A stretch of DNA of 64,000 bases from NCBI RefSeq assembly GCF_006345805.1, contig NC_043001.1, positions 91,264,001-91,328,000 on the forward strand, written 5' to 3'. A program made the position numbers and the translations under genes. Within the stretch, counting starts at the first letter, position 1. Each line of letters starts with the position of its first letter. Source of the DNA: Octopus sinensis. Taxonomy: Eukaryota. Of the stretch, positions 62,339 through 64,000 are shown piece by piece. Below the pieces are notes generated by a model. That model was not told where the DNA came from. It searched no databases and saw only the letters and a list, made by a program, of their open reading frames with translations.

Positions 62339-63190
62339 CCTTTCTACTATAGGCACAAAACCTGAAATTATGGTGGGAGGGGCTAGTCGACTACCTCAAC
62401 CCCATGCTCAACTGGTACTTATTTTATCAACCCTGAAAGGATGAAAGACAAAGTCAACCTCGCTGGAATTTGAACGTAGAACGTAAAGACGAGCGGAATA
62501 CCGCTAAGCATTTTCTAGGAGTACAAACGATTCTGCCAGCCCGTCGCCTTTATAATTTTTTCTACTATGTGTACCAGGAAGAGAGCAGTCTTACATTGAC
62601 CTAAGTACTCAACTGGTACATATTTCATCCAAAAGAATGAAAGAAAAAATCGATCACGGCGGAATTTGAACTCAGAACGAAAAGAACAGGTAGAAATGCA
62701 ACAATGATATCTGCCAGTCCGCTAAGGCATAACCATTAAAGTTTTGAGAGAGGTGCCTAGGCGATTACATCGACCCCGTTCCTCAACTGGTACTTATTTT
62801 ATGAACCCCGAAAGAATGAAAGACAAAACTGATTTCGGTGGTTGACCTGAGAACGAAAAAAACGGAAGAAATGCAGCTAAACATTTTATCCGGCGTGATA
62901 ACGATTATACCAGGTCGCTGCCTTCACTGGTTTCAAATTTTGGTACAAAGTTAGCATTTTTAGTGAGAAGTCAATTACATCGACCCCAGTATAGGACGGT
63001 TTCAAATTTTGGTACAAAGTCGACATTTTTAGGGAGAAATCGATCACATCGACCCCAGTATTCAACTGTTACTTGTTCTATCAACCACAAAAATTCTGAC
63101 AAAATGCTGAAAAGCTAAGTTGACTTTGGCAGGATTTGAGCTCAGAATGTAAGGAACTGGAAGAACTACCGCTAAGCATTTTGTCCGAAG
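62150..63190 (-). mobile_element. Array of older, diverged family-B SINEs with (AAT)n
   Basis: About six degraded units, same orientation. Includes a 70-bp tail duplication at 62928-63062. Confidence 0.8.
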
Positions 63191-63646
63191 GAAAGTGATG
63201 ATGGTTTATTCTGACAAAAAAATACTAAGAAGTTTACGTGTTCAGATAAGTGTGTCGTGGGTGGAGAAGAGGATACTTGTAAGTAAACATTTATTTGGAT
63301 TCCTTCGTTGGTGTGTTGGTTTTTTCCCCTCGTAAACATTACTTCCGTCAATTATTGTACATTTTTTTTTCTATCCTGTCCTCCACTTAATGTATTAGAT
63401 CGGCCTTCTTGTTACTACAGTGTCCGCTTTTCATCACAGCTTTCTAACTTAAATCAAACTCACGAGCTTCATTGTTCCAAAGGAGAGTTGTCTCATCTGC
63501 TTGACGCCCTGAAACCGGAGCTAAGTACCAGCTGTTAAGAGCCACTTGCAGTTACTAGAAATTTCTATATTGTACTTACATCTTAAACATGAACATAAAC
63601 TGAAATGCAAATAATAATAATAATAATAAAATAATAATAATAATAA

Positions 63647-63709
<63 letters not shown>

Positions 63710-64000
63710 TAATAATAATAATAATAATATAATAATAATTATTATTATATTATTATAGTCAAGACGAAGAGCGCGATTCGATTGTAAGATATTTTATTAG
63801 TTAAACGATATTTCAACAGTACGTCTATCTTTGTCAAGTTCAAAATAAGAAGAGATAAAATTTCAAAATTACAGAAATTTAAATTACGTTTAAATTTCTG
63901 TAAGCTATACAGAAGAATTGGGAAGGAATTCAATATGTATGAAGGACACCACCCAAGAGCAGGAGTAGCAAGATTATACCTATCTAGGAAGGTGGAAGAG

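Overview
Repeat-dense, AT-rich animal genomic DNA, most likely a coleoid cephalopod (Octopus); this is inferred from recalled SINE, mariner and LINE families, not from a search. One protein-coding gene is well supported. It lies on the minus strand and encodes a hillarin/kyphoscoliosis-peptidase (KY)-like transglutaminase-fold protein. Four phase-consistent GT-AG exons (16153-16410, 15004-15236, 4587-5566, 1793-2209; about 629 codons) run off the left edge of the window. Its catalytic Cys and His positions appear substituted. The rest is an archive of mobile DNA: at least four tRNA-derived SINE families, two adjacent mariners (one near full length, DD34D), Tc1/mariner and piggyBac MITEs, hAT ends, a Helitron, and RTE, CR1, L1/Tx1 and Penelope remnants, plus microsatellites and a 100-N gap. 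The most interesting signals are: (1) Penelope-type hammerhead ribozyme motifs of three sequence types, including a complete-looking type I hammerhead inside a ~210-bp fold-back (57060-57120); (2) a composite of a 5S rRNA-like copy, a higher-order 10-mer satellite and a TTAGGG array (58654-59840); (3) an extremely G-rich L1/Tx1 ORF1 copy that may be an A-to-G (ADAR) hyper-edited retrocopy; (4) SINE arrays that appear to grow by insertion into microsatellites and by microhomology. Most ORF-track entries are microsatellite or SINE artefacts.
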